The translations under genes and the position numbers were made by a program. DNA of 64,000 nucleotides from Kiritimatiellia bacterium (lineage in GTDB: Bacteria > Verrucomicrobiota > Kiritimatiellia > PWTM01): assembly GCA_026417735.1 (NCBI GenBank), contig JAOACR010000009.1:353298-417297 (forward strand), in the 5' to 3' direction. The stretch's first letter is position 1, and the number at the start of each line of letters is the position of its first letter. A model generated the notes under the pieces. The model saw only the letters and a program-made list of their open reading frames with translations, ran no database searches and was not told the origin of the DNA. This document shows, piece after piece, positions 26,931 through 36,946 of this stretch.

Positions 26931-28094
26931 GTGAAGATCGTCTGCGCGGAGAGCGTGCTGGCCGGCGCGGAAGCGTTCACCACGCTCGGGGAAACCACCG
27001 TGCTGCCCGACCGCGCCATCCGGCGCGAGCACCTGCTGGATGCGGACGCTCTCGTGATCCGATCGAAGACTCGCGTCACGCGCGAGCTGCTCGACGGCAC
27101 GCCTGTAAAGTTCGTCGGCACCGCGACCGCCGGATTCGACCACATTGACATCGCCGCGTGCGAGGCGCTCGGCATCGCGTGGACCGCCGCCCCCGGCTGC
27201 AACGCGACCAGCGTTGCGGAGTGGCTCGTCGCCGCATTGCTCGTCTGGTCCCAGCGCCGCGAGCGGACGCTGCAGGGCCGTTCGATCGCGGTGATCGGTG
27301 TCGGCCAAGTCGGCAGCCGGGTGGCTCGCCGCGCAGAAATCCTCGGTCTGCGGCCATTGCTGAACGACCCACCGCGCGCGCTCGCGGAGGGCGACCCCTG
27401 CTTCCGGCCGCTCGATGAAGTGTTGCCCAGCGCCGACATCGTCACGTTACACGTTCCGCTGACCGACCAGGGCCCGTTCGCCACGCGCGGCATGGCGGAC
27501 TGCCGTTTCTTCGAGCAGCTGAAGCCGGGCGCGCTGTTCGTGAACGCCTCCCGCGGGGAGGTCGTGGACGAGGACGCGCTGACTCTGGCGCTCGACAGCG
27601 GCCAGGTCAGCGACGCGGTGCTGGACGTCTGGCAGCACGAGCCGGCGATTTCGCCGCGTCTTTTGGAGCGCGCGCTGCTCGGCACCCCCCACATCGCCGG
27701 CTACTCGTGGGACGGCAAGCTCGCTGGCACCGTTCAGGTCTACCAGGCGTGCTGTCGCTTCTTTGAGGTCCGCCCGCTGTGGCGGCCGGCGGAGGTTTCG
27801 CCGGGCGTCCCTCCCCCACGCATCGAGGTCATGCCCGATGCCGACGCTTCGCTGCGCGCCGCAGTTCGCGCCGTGTACGATATCGAGCGTGATGACCGCG
27901 CACTGCGCGGCGACGGCGCGCCACCGGGCGAGACGCTCGCGGACCGCTTCGAGCGGCTGCGGCGGCGCTACCCCGTACGCCGCGAGTTCGCCGCCGCCAC
28001 GCTGCTATGGCCCGGCCAGCTCGACGATCCGCCGGCCCGGCGGCTTGCCGCGCTCGGCTTCCAGGTGCAGCCAGCAAAGGGCCTCAACTCGTGA
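26931..28094 (+). CDS. pdxB: erythronate-4-phosphate dehydrogenase
   Basis: Strong PdxB-like collinearity from the GTG at 26931: VKIVCAESVLAGAEAF...DADALVIRSKTRVTRELLDGTPVKFVGTATAGFDHID...APGCNATSVAEW...VIGVGQVGSRV...LHVPLT...HIAGYSWDGK...VYDIERDD. The track ORF start at 26700 would overlap the GH51 gene. Confidence 0.85.
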   Translation: MKIVCAESVLAGAEAFTTLGETTVLPDRAIRREHLLDADALVIRSKTRVTRELLDGTPVKFVGTATAGFDHIDIAACEALGIAWTAAPGCNATSVAEWLVAALLVWSQRRERTLQGRSIAVIGVGQVGSRVARRAEILGLRPLLNDPPRALAEGDPCFRPLDEVLPSADIVTLHVPLTDQGPFATRGMADCRFFEQLKPGALFVNASRGEVVDEDALTLALDSGQVSDAVLDVWQHEPAISPRLLERALLGTPHIAGYSWDGKLAGTVQVYQACCRFFEVRPLWRPAEVSPGVPPPRIEVMPDADASLRAAVRAVYDIERDDRALRGDGAPPGETLADRFERLRRRYPVRREFAAATLLWPGQLDDPPARRLAALGFQVQPAKGLNS

Positions 28095-28131
28095 TAATTT
28101 GGAAGGGAGACTCACAACCCAGGGAGACACC

Positions 28132-29001
28132 ATGAACAACCACATCCGGATCCACACGATGAGCTCGCTACTGATGGTGCTGGCCGGCGTGATCGGTGCG
28201 CCCGGCAAACCGCCGACCGAGGAGCAGATGGAAAAAATCCGCGCGGCGATTCCCGACCGCCCGCAGGTGGCACCCCGAAAGCCCCGCCGCCTGCTCGTGT
28301 TTTCGCTGACCAAGGGTTTCCGGCACTCGGCGGTCGAGTGTGGCGCGTTCACGCTGTTGGAGATGGGCCGTAAAACCGGCGCGTACACCGCCGAGGAGAG
28401 CACCGACCCTGCGGTGTTCGCTGCCGCCTCGCTCCAGCGCTTCGACGCGGTCGCGTTCAACAACACCACCGGCGAGCTGTTCGATGACCCGGCACTCAAG
28501 TCCGCGTTCATGAGCTGGGTGCGCGCCGGTGGCGGCGTCGTCGGCATTCACGCAGCGACGGACACCTTCTACAAGTGGCCCGAGTTCGGCGAGATGATGG
28601 GCGGCTACTTCGATGGCCATCCCTGGCACGAAAAGGTCGTGCTGCGCATCGAAGAGCCGGATCACCCGCTGCTGCGCGCGTTCGGCGGGCGCGACCGGTT
28701 CGAAGTCACCGACGAAATCTACCAGTTCCGCGATCCCTATTCGCGCAGCCGGCTGCGAGTGCTGATCAGCCTCGACCCTGACCGGATCGACATGACGAAG
28801 AAGGGCATTAAGCGCACCGACCGCGACTTCGCTGTGTCATGGGTGCGCCGGTTCGGTGAAGGCCGCGTGTTTTACTGCTCGCTCGGCCATCGCGAGGAGA
28901 TTTTCTGGAACACGACGGTGCTCACGCACTTCCTTGACGGCATCCAGTTCGCGCTCGGCGACCTTCCCGCCGACGCGACTCCGCGCCCCGGGCCCCGGTA
29001 A
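28132..29001 (+). CDS. ThuA-like protein (class I glutamine amidotransferase-like fold, trehalose-utilisation family), secreted
   Basis: GGGAGA upstream of ATG 28132. MNNHIRIHTMSSLLMVLAGVIGA signal. RLLVFSLTKGFRHSAVECGAFTLLEMG...AFNNTTGELFDDPALKSAFMSWVRAGGGVVGIHAATDTFYKWPEFGEMMGGYFDGHPW is the ThuA pattern. Confidence 0.75.
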   Translation: MNNHIRIHTMSSLLMVLAGVIGAPGKPPTEEQMEKIRAAIPDRPQVAPRKPRRLLVFSLTKGFRHSAVECGAFTLLEMGRKTGAYTAEESTDPAVFAAASLQRFDAVAFNNTTGELFDDPALKSAFMSWVRAGGGVVGIHAATDTFYKWPEFGEMMGGYFDGHPWHEKVVLRIEEPDHPLLRAFGGRDRFEVTDEIYQFRDPYSRSRLRVLISLDPDRIDMTKKGIKRTDRDFAVSWVRRFGEGRVFYCSLGHREEIFWNTTVLTHFLDGIQFALGDLPADATPRPGPR

Positions 29002-29028
29002 ACAGGCGGCGGGCGGGGCGCTTGCGCC

Positions 29029-29607
29029 ATGGCGGCGGTGGCAACAGACCGCGAACCGGCCCCATCGGCCCTGCTCGAGCTGGCTCGCCGTCGCAGCAGT
29101 TGCCGCGCGTACGCGCCGGAGCCAGTACCGGAGGCAACCATCCGGCTCTGTCTCGAATGCGCGCGACTGGCCCCCTCCGCCTGCAACCGGCAGCCGTGGC
29201 GGTTTGCGGTCGTCCGCGATCCCCCGTTGCGAGCGCGCATCGTGCACGAAGGCTTCCTGCCCGGCCTGGGCATGGCGTGGGCCGCGGAGGCGCCGGTGTT
29301 GCTGGTGCTGGGCATGGTGCGCGACCTCGTCACCCATCGCATCGGCGCGGGGGTCGCCGGCGTCGACTACCCCTGGGTGGACATCGGGATCGCCGGCGAA
29401 CACTTCGTGCTGGCCGCCACCGAACAGGGGCTGGGGACCTGTTGGATCGGCTGGATTCGTCCCCGCACGCTGCGACGGCTTCTCGGCTGGCCACCGACCG
29501 TACGGCCGGTCGCGGTCATCACGGTCGGCCGGCCCGCCCCGGACGCACCGCCGCGCCCGCCCGCAGAGCGACGACGCCCGCTGGAGGACCTGGTGCTGTG
29601 GCGCTGA
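29029..29607 (+). CDS. nitroreductase family protein
   Basis: 192 aa. SCRAYAPEPVPEATIRLCLECARLAPSACNRQPWRFAVVRD is the nitroreductase N-terminal block; WIGWI later. Confidence 0.75.
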   Translation: MAAVATDREPAPSALLELARRRSSCRAYAPEPVPEATIRLCLECARLAPSACNRQPWRFAVVRDPPLRARIVHEGFLPGLGMAWAAEAPVLLVLGMVRDLVTHRIGAGVAGVDYPWVDIGIAGEHFVLAATEQGLGTCWIGWIRPRTLRRLLGWPPTVRPVAVITVGRPAPDAPPRPPAERRRPLEDLVLWR

Positions 29608-30644
29608 GCGCTCGCCCCTTGCGCAACGGCCGCCGCCTGGCGAAGAGCGTGCTGGTGATGTCTGCGCTTGGCGCGCTGCACTGCGCCGGCGCCCCCGGCA
29701 CCGTCCCCCCACCCGCCTCGGTCGGCTACGTGCTGCAGTACGAGACCCTCGGCCACGGCCGCCAGGAAGTGCTCCAGCGACTGGCGGCATCCCGCCGGGA
29801 ATGGCTCGTGTTGGAACCCGCTTGGGAAACCGGCGCCGGTCCCGCCGGACGATGGAGCCGCACCGAGCTGGAGGCGCTCCGCGCCGCCCATCCCGGCCGC
29901 CGTCTCCTCGCGTACCTCTCAATCGGCGAAGCCGAGGACTATCGCGATTACTGGGTGCCCGCCTGGGACGCGAACCGCGACGGCCGCCCCGACCCCGGTG
30001 CGCCGCGCTGGCTCCTTCCCGAGAATCCCGACTGGGAAGGCAACTACCGCGTGCGGTACTGGTCGCCGGACTGGCAGGCAATTGTGCTCGCCGAACTCGC
30101 CCGCTGTCTCGCCAGCGGGTTTGACGGTCTCTATCTCGACATTGTGGATGCGTTCGAAACGTTCGAGTACGACGCCGCACGACGGCAGTGGATCGACCAT
30201 CGCCGCAATCCGGAGACCGGCCGCTCCTATCGCGCTGACATGATCGAATGGGTTCGGCGCATCGCCGCTCACGCGCGGGAACTGCGGCCGGGTGCGCTGA
30301 TCGTGCCGCAAAACGGCGAGGCGCTGCTCGCTTCCGCCGACTACCGTGCCGCGATCGATGCGGTGGCGCTGGAAGACCTGTGGAGCGACGGCCACCGACG
30401 GCAGGACCCGCGCGAGATCGCCTGGCGGCTGAAGCTGTTGCAGCCCTGGCGCGCGGAGGGCGGCTGGACCTTCACCATCGAGTACCCGGAACGCGACGAT
30501 CTGCGCCGCGCGGTGGTCGAGGCGGCCGCCCGCGCCCGTCTGCCGCTGCTGCTGACCGACCGCGAACTGCAGACGCTGGGCACATGGGTTCCCGTGCCCG
30601 CCCCGCCGCGGTCGGAGCCAGCGCCCCGCCGCCGCCGACCCTGA
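29598..30644 (+). CDS. GH114-like (MJ1477/TM1410 family) putative polysaccharide hydrolase
   Basis: Within track ORF 29022..30644. Start GTG 29598 overlaps the nitroreductase stop; an ATG at about 29656 is an alternative. RLLAYLSIGEAEDYRDYWVPAWDAN...APRWLLPENPDWEGNYRVRYWSPDWQAIVLAEL...GFDGLYLDIVDAFE matches the family. Confidence 0.6.
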   Translation: MALSARPLRNGRRLAKSVLVMSALGALHCAGAPGTVPPPASVGYVLQYETLGHGRQEVLQRLAASRREWLVLEPAWETGAGPAGRWSRTELEALRAAHPGRRLLAYLSIGEAEDYRDYWVPAWDANRDGRPDPGAPRWLLPENPDWEGNYRVRYWSPDWQAIVLAELARCLASGFDGLYLDIVDAFETFEYDAARRQWIDHRRNPETGRSYRADMIEWVRRIAAHARELRPGALIVPQNGEALLASADYRAAIDAVALEDLWSDGHRRQDPREIAWRLKLLQPWRAEGGWTFTIEYPERDDLRRAVVEAAARARLPLLLTDRELQTLGTWVPVPAPPRSEPAPRRRRP

Positions 30645-30649
30645 TTCGC

Positions 30650-31996
30650 ATGGCGCCGTTGCGCCACGCCCGTCCAAACATTGGAAAATGTCCGACGTAC
30701 CGCTTCCAACCGTTGGACCGACAGAAACACGCGCGCGCCGTCGTGCTGCTCGCCCTCCTCCTGCGGCTGTTTTCCGCCGTTGCCGACGATGGACCCGCTG
30801 GCGTGCTGCTCGACGCAACCGATACGGCGACCCCATGGTACGAGACCCACGGCAACGCCCCGGGACCTATCGTCGTGCTCGTCGGCGGCACACACGGCGA
30901 CGAGATCGCCGGCGCCATCGCGGCCGATCAGATCCGCCGATGGCCGTTGTGTCGCGGCCGGCTGCGCGTGCTGCCACGCGCCAACGTCCGCGCGATCGCG
31001 GCCGGACGACGCACCGCGCCGGATCAGCCCTCCGCGACCGCGAATCTGAACCGCAACTTCCCCACCGGCCGGCTGCCGGAACCGCGTGGCGAGCTCGCCG
31101 CCGCGATCTGGCGGTGGCTCTCCGCCGAACCGCCGGACTGGGTGCTGGACCTGCACGAGGGCAGCGGTGTGCACGCGACCAACCGCGGAACTGTCGGCAG
31201 TTCGTTGATCGTGCCCCCCGACGCAAACGTTCGCGCGATCGCAACGCAGCTGTGGCGCCGTGTGAACACAACCGTCACCGATCCCTCACTGCAGTTTACG
31301 ATTCTGGCGACCGGCGGTGTCACCGGCGGGCTGATGCGCGCGGCATGGGAACGACTCGGCGCCCGAGCGATCACGCTCGAGACAACAATGGCGTATCCAC
31401 TGGCGCTGCGTGTTCGTCAGCACCGGCTGATGGTCCACGAGCTGCTCCGCCGGCTGGAGATGATCGGTGAAGAGGTCCGCCCCGAAGTGCCGCTGGCGCC
31501 ACGCGGCCCTCGTCCGCCCCAGGGGTGCGAACTGCGGGTCGCGGTGTACGCGGATGCGGGCGCCGAGCCGGCGGCGGTGCGCGGTTTGCTCGCTGAGCTG
31601 GAAGCCCCCGGCCGGGTCGTGATGCCGGTTGGCGCGGCCGAGATCGCGGACAGCGCGCTGGCAGCGTTCGATGTGCTGGTCGTGCCGGATGAACCCACGA
31701 CGCGGGCCGGCGCGCTGCGTACCGAGTTCGATGCGCGCGTCGCCGAGAGGATTCGCCACTTCGTTCGGAGCGGCGGTGGCTACGTGGGGCTCGGCGCCGG
31801 CGCAGACGCCGGCAGGGAGCTCGGGTTCGTCCGCGCACCGCCCGCAAGCCCCACCGGCGCAGTGAGCATCAGATCGGGCGGCGGGCGCGTAGCGCTTTTT
31901 CGTGTTCTGCCGAGCAGCCAGACGGCATCACTGATCGCGGCGATCGAGTGGGCCGGAGGCGCCGCCAACGCGAGCGCGCCGGCGCCCGGCCACTGA
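30650..31996 (+). CDS. succinylglutamate desuccinylase/aspartoacylase (AstE/AspA, M14-like) family protein fused to a C-terminal class-I glutamine amidotransferase-like domain
   Basis: Start ATG 30650 within track ORF 30248..31996. IVVLVGGTHGDEIAGAIAADQIRRW and WVLDLHEGSG are the zinc-ligand blocks. C-terminal LRVAVYADAGAEPAAV...FDVLVVPDEP...SGGGYVGLGAGA is GATase1/DJ-1-like. Confidence 0.55.
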   Translation: MAPLRHARPNIGKCPTYRFQPLDRQKHARAVVLLALLLRLFSAVADDGPAGVLLDATDTATPWYETHGNAPGPIVVLVGGTHGDEIAGAIAADQIRRWPLCRGRLRVLPRANVRAIAAGRRTAPDQPSATANLNRNFPTGRLPEPRGELAAAIWRWLSAEPPDWVLDLHEGSGVHATNRGTVGSSLIVPPDANVRAIATQLWRRVNTTVTDPSLQFTILATGGVTGGLMRAAWERLGARAITLETTMAYPLALRVRQHRLMVHELLRRLEMIGEEVRPEVPLAPRGPRPPQGCELRVAVYADAGAEPAAVRGLLAELEAPGRVVMPVGAAEIADSALAAFDVLVVPDEPTTRAGALRTEFDARVAERIRHFVRSGGGYVGLGAGADAGRELGFVRAPPASPTGAVSIRSGGGRVALFRVLPSSQTASLIAAIEWAGGAANASAPAPGH

Positions 31997-32039
31997 GCGG
32001 CGGCGCGCAGGGACGGCGACCGCATGCTACACTGAGGCC

Positions 32040-32843
32040 ATGAGCAGCGGCTCCGACGTGTGGACCGTCGCGCGCGTGCGCGCGCTGAAAGGCCGCCGGT
32101 TCGCCTGCGTCACCGCGACCGACGCGGTGACCGCCCGCTGGGCGGACGAGGCCGGGCTGCCACTGGTGCTGGTCGGCGACTCGCTGGCGATGACGGTGCT
32201 CGGCCACCCGACCACGCTGCCGGCAACCATGTCCGCGATGCTGCACCATGCCGCCGCGGTGGTGCGCGGCACGAACCGCGCGCTGGTGATCGCGGACATG
32301 CCCTTCCTCTCCTACCAGGTGTCCGACGAAGAGGCTCTGCATAACGCGGGCCGCTTTCTGCAGGAGGCCGGCGTCGCGGGAGTGAAGATGGAGGGCGGCC
32401 GCGTGCGCGCGGCGACGGTGCGGCGGCTGGTGGACAACGGCGTGCCGGTGCTCGGCCACATCGGGCTGCTGCCGCAGAGCGTGCGGGCGATGGGCGGCTA
32501 CGCGGTGCAAGGGCGGACCGCATCGGACGCGGCGCGGTTGCTGGCCGACGCGCGCGCGCTGGAAGCCGCGGGCGTGTTCGCGATCGTGCTGGAAGGGATG
32601 CCCGCCGCGGTTGCGCGGCGCATCACCGCGAGTGTGAAAGTGCCGACGATCGGCATCGGTGCCGGCCCTCACTGCGACGGCCAGATCCTCGTGCTGCACG
32701 ATCTGCTGGGCATGACCGCCGGCCGCGCCCCGAAATTCGTCCGCCGCTACGCGGAGCTCGGCGCGGAGGCGGTCGCCGCGCTGCAGCGGTTCCGCCACGA
32801 TGTGGAAACGGGCCGCTTTCCCACTGCCGAACACTGCTATTGA
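32040..32843 (+). CDS. panB: 3-methyl-2-oxobutanoate hydroxymethyltransferase
   Basis: 267 aa. VTATDAVTARWADEAGLPLVLVGDSLAMTVLGHPTTLP...GVAGVKMEGG...PVLGHIGLLPQSV...VPTIGIGAGPHCDGQILVLHDLLG is the PanB pattern. Confidence 0.9.
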   Translation: MSSGSDVWTVARVRALKGRRFACVTATDAVTARWADEAGLPLVLVGDSLAMTVLGHPTTLPATMSAMLHHAAAVVRGTNRALVIADMPFLSYQVSDEEALHNAGRFLQEAGVAGVKMEGGRVRAATVRRLVDNGVPVLGHIGLLPQSVRAMGGYAVQGRTASDAARLLADARALEAAGVFAIVLEGMPAAVARRITASVKVPTIGIGAGPHCDGQILVLHDLLGMTAGRAPKFVRRYAELGAEAVAALQRFRHDVETGRFPTAEHCY

Positions 32844-32851
32844 GGCCGCGC

Positions 32852-33712
32852 ATGGAGGTGATCCGCGATCCGGCGCAGATGCAGCAGAGCGCGCTCGCCT
32901 GGCGGGCGGAGGGTCGGCGGATCGCGGTGGTCCCCACGATGGGTGCGCTGCACGACGGCCACCGCTCGCTGATCCGGCTCGCGCGCGGGCGGGCGGACCG
33001 ACTCGTCGTCACCCTGTTCGTGAACCCGACCCAGTTCGGTCCCGGCGAGGACTTCGCGCGGTACCCGCGGAACTTCGAGCGCGACCGCGCAATCTGCGAG
33101 GCGGACGGTGTGGACGTGCTGTTCGCGCCCGACGTGGCGGCGATGTACGCGCCCGACCACAGTGTCTGGGTCGAAGAGACCGCGCTGTCGCGCGGGCTCT
33201 GTGGCGCCCGCCGCCCCGGCCACTTCCGCGGCGTCGGCACAGTGGTGGTGAAGCTCTTCATGCTCACCCAGCCCCATGTGGCCGTGTTTGGCGAAAAGGA
33301 CGCCCAGCAGCTGCGCGTGGTCCGGCGCATCGTCCGCGATCTCAACCTGCCGGTGGAGATTGTTGCCGCTCCGACCGTGCGGGAACCGGACGGGCTGGCG
33401 ATGAGCTCGCGGAACGAGTACTTGACCCCCGACGAACGCCGGCAGGCCATCGCGCTGCGGCGTGCGTTGGAGGAGGCGGCGGGCCGCGTCGCGGCCGGCG
33501 AGCGGGACCCCGCAGTGCTTCGCGCTGCGATGGACGCGACAATCCGACGGCTCGCGCCGTCCGCAGAGCCCGACTACATCGAGATCGTGGACAGCGAGAC
33601 GCTCGAGCCGGTCGCCTGGGTGGATCGTCCCGTGCTGGCGGCGATCGCGGTACGTTTCCCCTCCGCCCGTTTGATTGACAACGACCTGTTACGGCCGCCG
33701 GCGGCTCGCTAA
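32852..33712 (+). CDS. panC: pantoate--beta-alanine ligase
   Basis: ATG 32852 (MEVIRDP). VPTMGALHDGHRSLIRLAR, VTLFVNPTQFGPGEDF, HFRGVGTVVVKLF and FGEKDAQQL are PanC signature blocks. Immediately after panB. Confidence 0.9.
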   Translation: MEVIRDPAQMQQSALAWRAEGRRIAVVPTMGALHDGHRSLIRLARGRADRLVVTLFVNPTQFGPGEDFARYPRNFERDRAICEADGVDVLFAPDVAAMYAPDHSVWVEETALSRGLCGARRPGHFRGVGTVVVKLFMLTQPHVAVFGEKDAQQLRVVRRIVRDLNLPVEIVAAPTVREPDGLAMSSRNEYLTPDERRQAIALRRALEEAAGRVAAGERDPAVLRAAMDATIRRLAPSAEPDYIEIVDSETLEPVAWVDRPVLAAIAVRFPSARLIDNDLLRPPAAR

Positions 33713-34201
33713 TCAATCCGCGCGGCGCCGCGCCCGCCGGTAGCGGCGAACGGTGACACCGGCGATCTCCAGCAGCCGGCGCGCCGCGTCGGAGAATGAG
33801 TATTCTTCCTCGTACACCACCTCGCGGATGCCGGCATTGATGATCATTTTGCAGCACATCAGGCAGGGGCTGGTCGTACAGTAGAGCGTTCCGCCGCGCA
33901 CCGCGATGCCGTGATAGGCGGCCTGCACGATCGCGTTCTCCTCCGCGTGCGCGCAAATGCAGTCGCCCAGGCGCTCGCCGCTGGCCGTCGTGGAGGCGCA
34001 GCGCGCGCACCCGCCGTCCATGCAATTCGGCACGCCGCGCGGTGTGCCGTTGTAGCCGGTGGAGACAATCCGCCGGTCGCAGACGATGAGCGCCGCCACG
34101 CGCCGCCGGCGGCAGTTGCTGCGGCGCGCAACCACATGCGCAATGTCAATGAAGTACTCGTCCCAGTCGGGCCGGTCTGAGGTTCGTCGCGGGCGCGGCA
34201 T
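33713..34201 (-). CDS. dCMP/cytidine deaminase family protein (ComEB-like deoxycytidylate deaminase)
   Basis: 162 aa. HAEENAI zinc-binding motif and CTTSPCLMCCKMIINAGI. Stop abuts the panC stop with no intergenic space (convergent). Confidence 0.8.
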   Translation of the reverse strand: MPRPRRTSDRPDWDEYFIDIAHVVARRSNCRRRRVAALIVCDRRIVSTGYNGTPRGVPNCMDGGCARCASTTASGERLGDCICAHAEENAIVQAAYHGIAVRGGTLYCTTSPCLMCCKMIINAGIREVVYEEEYSFSDAARRLLEIAGVTVRRYRRARRRAD

Positions 34202-34249
34202 CGTGCGCGAGTGTGTGCAGAGGACGGCGGCCGGTCAACCGCAGCCGAC

Positions 34250-34999
34250 TCACCACCACACCGCCGCTCGCCGGCGTCGGCGACAGGCGGCCAGACGCCG
34301 CGGGTCGCAAAATAACCGCACCAGCCCAACGCCGGCGAGGAACCCGCCCACGTGCGCCCAGAACGCGACGCCGCCCGACGCCGGTCCCACCGAAAACAAC
34401 GTTCCGAGCAGCTGCAAAAGAAACCAATAGCCGAGCATCACGATCGCCGGCATCACGACCACCCGCGCCCAGAACCCGAAGAGTATCAGCGTCTGCACCG
34501 GCCGCGTCGGGAACAACATCGCGTACGCCCCCATCACCCCACCGATCGCACCGGACGCACCGACCATCGGCACCGGACTGGCGGGGTTGGAGAGGATCTG
34601 CGCGGCGGCGGCCGCCAGACCGCAAAGCAGATAAAAGATCGTGAACCGCACCGGCCCCATCGCGTCCTCGACGTTGTCGCCGAAAATCCAAAGAAACCAC
34701 ATGTTGCCGAGCAGATGCAGCCAGCTGCCGTGCAGAAACATCGAGGTCAGCAACGTCCACCAGTTCGCATGGTCCTCGATCACGCACACGAACTCGCGCG
34801 AAATCGGGATCATCGTGCCCGGCCGCACCGTGCCGAGCAGCTCGCCCGGGATCACTCCCCAGGAGCAGATCGAACGCACCAGCGGTTCCGGCGCACCGAG
34901 CCCCTGCACGAAGATCCAGGCGGCCAGGTTCGCCGCCACGATCAGCACCATCGCCACCGAAGTGTGAACGGTCGGGTTTTCGTCGCGCAGTGGCAGCAT
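34250..34999 (-). CDS. rhomboid family intramembrane serine protease
   Basis: 249 aa polytopic membrane protein. Catalytic-serine block GASGAIGGVMGAY and histidine block AHVGGFLAG. Confidence 0.8.
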   Translation of the reverse strand: MLPLRDENPTVHTSVAMVLIVAANLAAWIFVQGLGAPEPLVRSICSWGVIPGELLGTVRPGTMIPISREFVCVIEDHANWWTLLTSMFLHGSWLHLLGNMWFLWIFGDNVEDAMGPVRFTIFYLLCGLAAAAAQILSNPASPVPMVGASGAIGGVMGAYAMLFPTRPVQTLILFGFWARVVVMPAIVMLGYWFLLQLLGTLFSVGPASGGVAFWAHVGGFLAGVGLVRLFCDPRRLAACRRRRRAAVWW

Positions 35000-35076
35000 G
35001 TCGGCCGAAGCCTACTCGAGCCTCCGCCGCCGAACAAGGAGCGGCTCCCGGCGGCGGGCGGCGCGTCGGGCGAGAG

Positions 35077-36921
35077 CTATTCCACGGTAACGCTCTTTGC
35101 GAGGTTGCGCGGCTGGTCGATTTCGCAGCCGCGCCGCCGGGCCACATGGTAGGCGAGCAGCTGCATCGCGACCGCGGCGACCACCGGCGCCACCAACGGC
35201 GCGCAGCGCGGCAGGGCGATCGTGTGCGTGGACATCGCCGGAACTGTGTCGTCGCCCTCGGTGACCACCGCGACCACCGGCGCGCCACGCGCGCGGCACT
35301 CCTGAATGTTGCCGATCATCTTGTCGCGGCCCGGCACGTCCAACGCGAGCGCCACCACCGGCACCGACGGCTCCAGCAACGCGATCGGTCCGTGCTTCAG
35401 CTCCGCCGCATGATAGCCCTCCGCGTGGAGATAGCTGATCTCCTTCAGTTTCAGTGCCCCCTCCAGCGCGACGGGATAGAGCAGACCGCGCCCGATGTAG
35501 AACGCGTCGCGCGCATCGGCGATCTCGGCGGCGACCGCCGCAATCGCCTCGTTGCGCTGCAGGACCCGGCGCACCAGCGCCGGCAGCGCACGCAGATGCG
35601 CAATGATGTCCAAGCCGGCCTCCCGGGAGAGCCGCCGACAGCGTCCAAATTTCAACGCCATCATCAGCAACACCGCGACCTGCGAGGTAAACGCCTTCGT
35701 CGAGGCCACGCCGATCTCCGGCCCCGCATGCAGGTACACCCCGCGCCCGGTCTCCCGCGCGATCGTCGAGCCCACCACGTTGCAGATCCCGCAGAGCGCC
35801 GCGCCCTTCTGCCGCGCCTCCCGCACCGCGGCGAGCGTATCGGCGGTCTCCCCGGACTGACTGATCGCCACCACCAGATCGCGCGGGGTCAGAATCGGAT
35901 TGCGATACCGAAACTCCGCGGCTTGCTCCACCGACGCCGGCAGGTCCGCGAGATCCTCGAAATACAACCGGCCCACCATGCCGGCATGCAACGACGTGCC
36001 GCAGGCGACCAGCACCACGCGCTGCACGTCCGCGATCTCCCGCGGCGTCATCGCCAGACCGCCGAGCTTTGCGGTGCCTGCGCTCACATCCAGACGCCCG
36101 CGAAGGGAGTTTTCCAGCGACTCCGGCTGCTCGAAGATCTCCTTCAGCATGAAGTGCTCGAACCCGCCCTTCTCCGCCGCGCGCACATCCCAGTCCACCT
36201 GCGACACCGCCCTCGAGACCGGCGTATTCTGCACCGTCCGCACATCGATGGAGCCCGCGGCGAGCTCCGCAATGTCGTCATCGTCGAGATAGATCACGCG
36301 GTTCGTGTGTGCGACGATCGCGGCCGCATCGCTGGCGACCAACGTTTCGTCGTCGCCGACGCCGATCACAATCGGGCTGCCGCGCCGCGCCACCCAGATA
36401 CGACCCGGGTGATCCGCGTGCACGACCGCGATACCAAGCGTGCCCTCCACCTGCCGCAGTGCCGCACACAGCGCGCCGATCGGGTCCTGCGCAAACCCCA
36501 GACTGCCGAGCAAATGGGCGAGCACCTCGGTGTCGGTGTCGGACCGGAAGGTGTGGCCGCGCGCCTCGAGCTGGCGGCGCAGCTCCGCGTAGTTCTCGAT
36601 GATGCCATTGTGCACGAGCGCGAGCCGCCCGCTCGCATCGAAGTGCGGATGCGCGTTGGCTTCGGTCGGCGGTCCGTGGGTCGCCCAACGCGTGTGCGCG
36701 ATGCCGCACGCGGCCCGCTCGGCGGGGGTGCCGGGCCATTCCGCGGCGACACGCTCCGCCAGCGCCTGCACCTTCCCGGGCAGCTTCAGCCACTGCAGCG
36801 CGCCGTCCGTCACCACCGCGATGCCGGCGGAGTCATACCCTCGATACTCCAGCCGCCGCAGATTTCCGATCAGTGTCTCCGGAGCCGGCCGCGGCCCCGC
36901 ATAACCCACAATCCCGCACAT
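35077..36921 (-). CDS. glmS: glutamine--fructose-6-phosphate aminotransferase (isomerising)
   Basis: 614 aa starting MCGIVGYAG (N-terminal nucleophile Cys). Two SIS domains and C-terminal LAYHVARRRGCEIDQPRNLAKSVTVE. Confidence 0.95.
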   Translation of the reverse strand: MCGIVGYAGPRPAPETLIGNLRRLEYRGYDSAGIAVVTDGALQWLKLPGKVQALAERVAAEWPGTPAERAACGIAHTRWATHGPPTEANAHPHFDASGRLALVHNGIIENYAELRRQLEARGHTFRSDTDTEVLAHLLGSLGFAQDPIGALCAALRQVEGTLGIAVVHADHPGRIWVARRGSPIVIGVGDDETLVASDAAAIVAHTNRVIYLDDDDIAELAAGSIDVRTVQNTPVSRAVSQVDWDVRAAEKGGFEHFMLKEIFEQPESLENSLRGRLDVSAGTAKLGGLAMTPREIADVQRVVLVACGTSLHAGMVGRLYFEDLADLPASVEQAAEFRYRNPILTPRDLVVAISQSGETADTLAAVREARQKGAALCGICNVVGSTIARETGRGVYLHAGPEIGVASTKAFTSQVAVLLMMALKFGRCRRLSREAGLDIIAHLRALPALVRRVLQRNEAIAAVAAEIADARDAFYIGRGLLYPVALEGALKLKEISYLHAEGYHAAELKHGPIALLEPSVPVVALALDVPGRDKMIGNIQECRARGAPVVAVVTEGDDTVPAMSTHTIALPRCAPLVAPVVAAVAMQLLAYHVARRRGCEIDQPRNLAKSVTVE

Positions 36922-36946
36922 GTGTGCCCGTCCTCCGGCTCGACCT

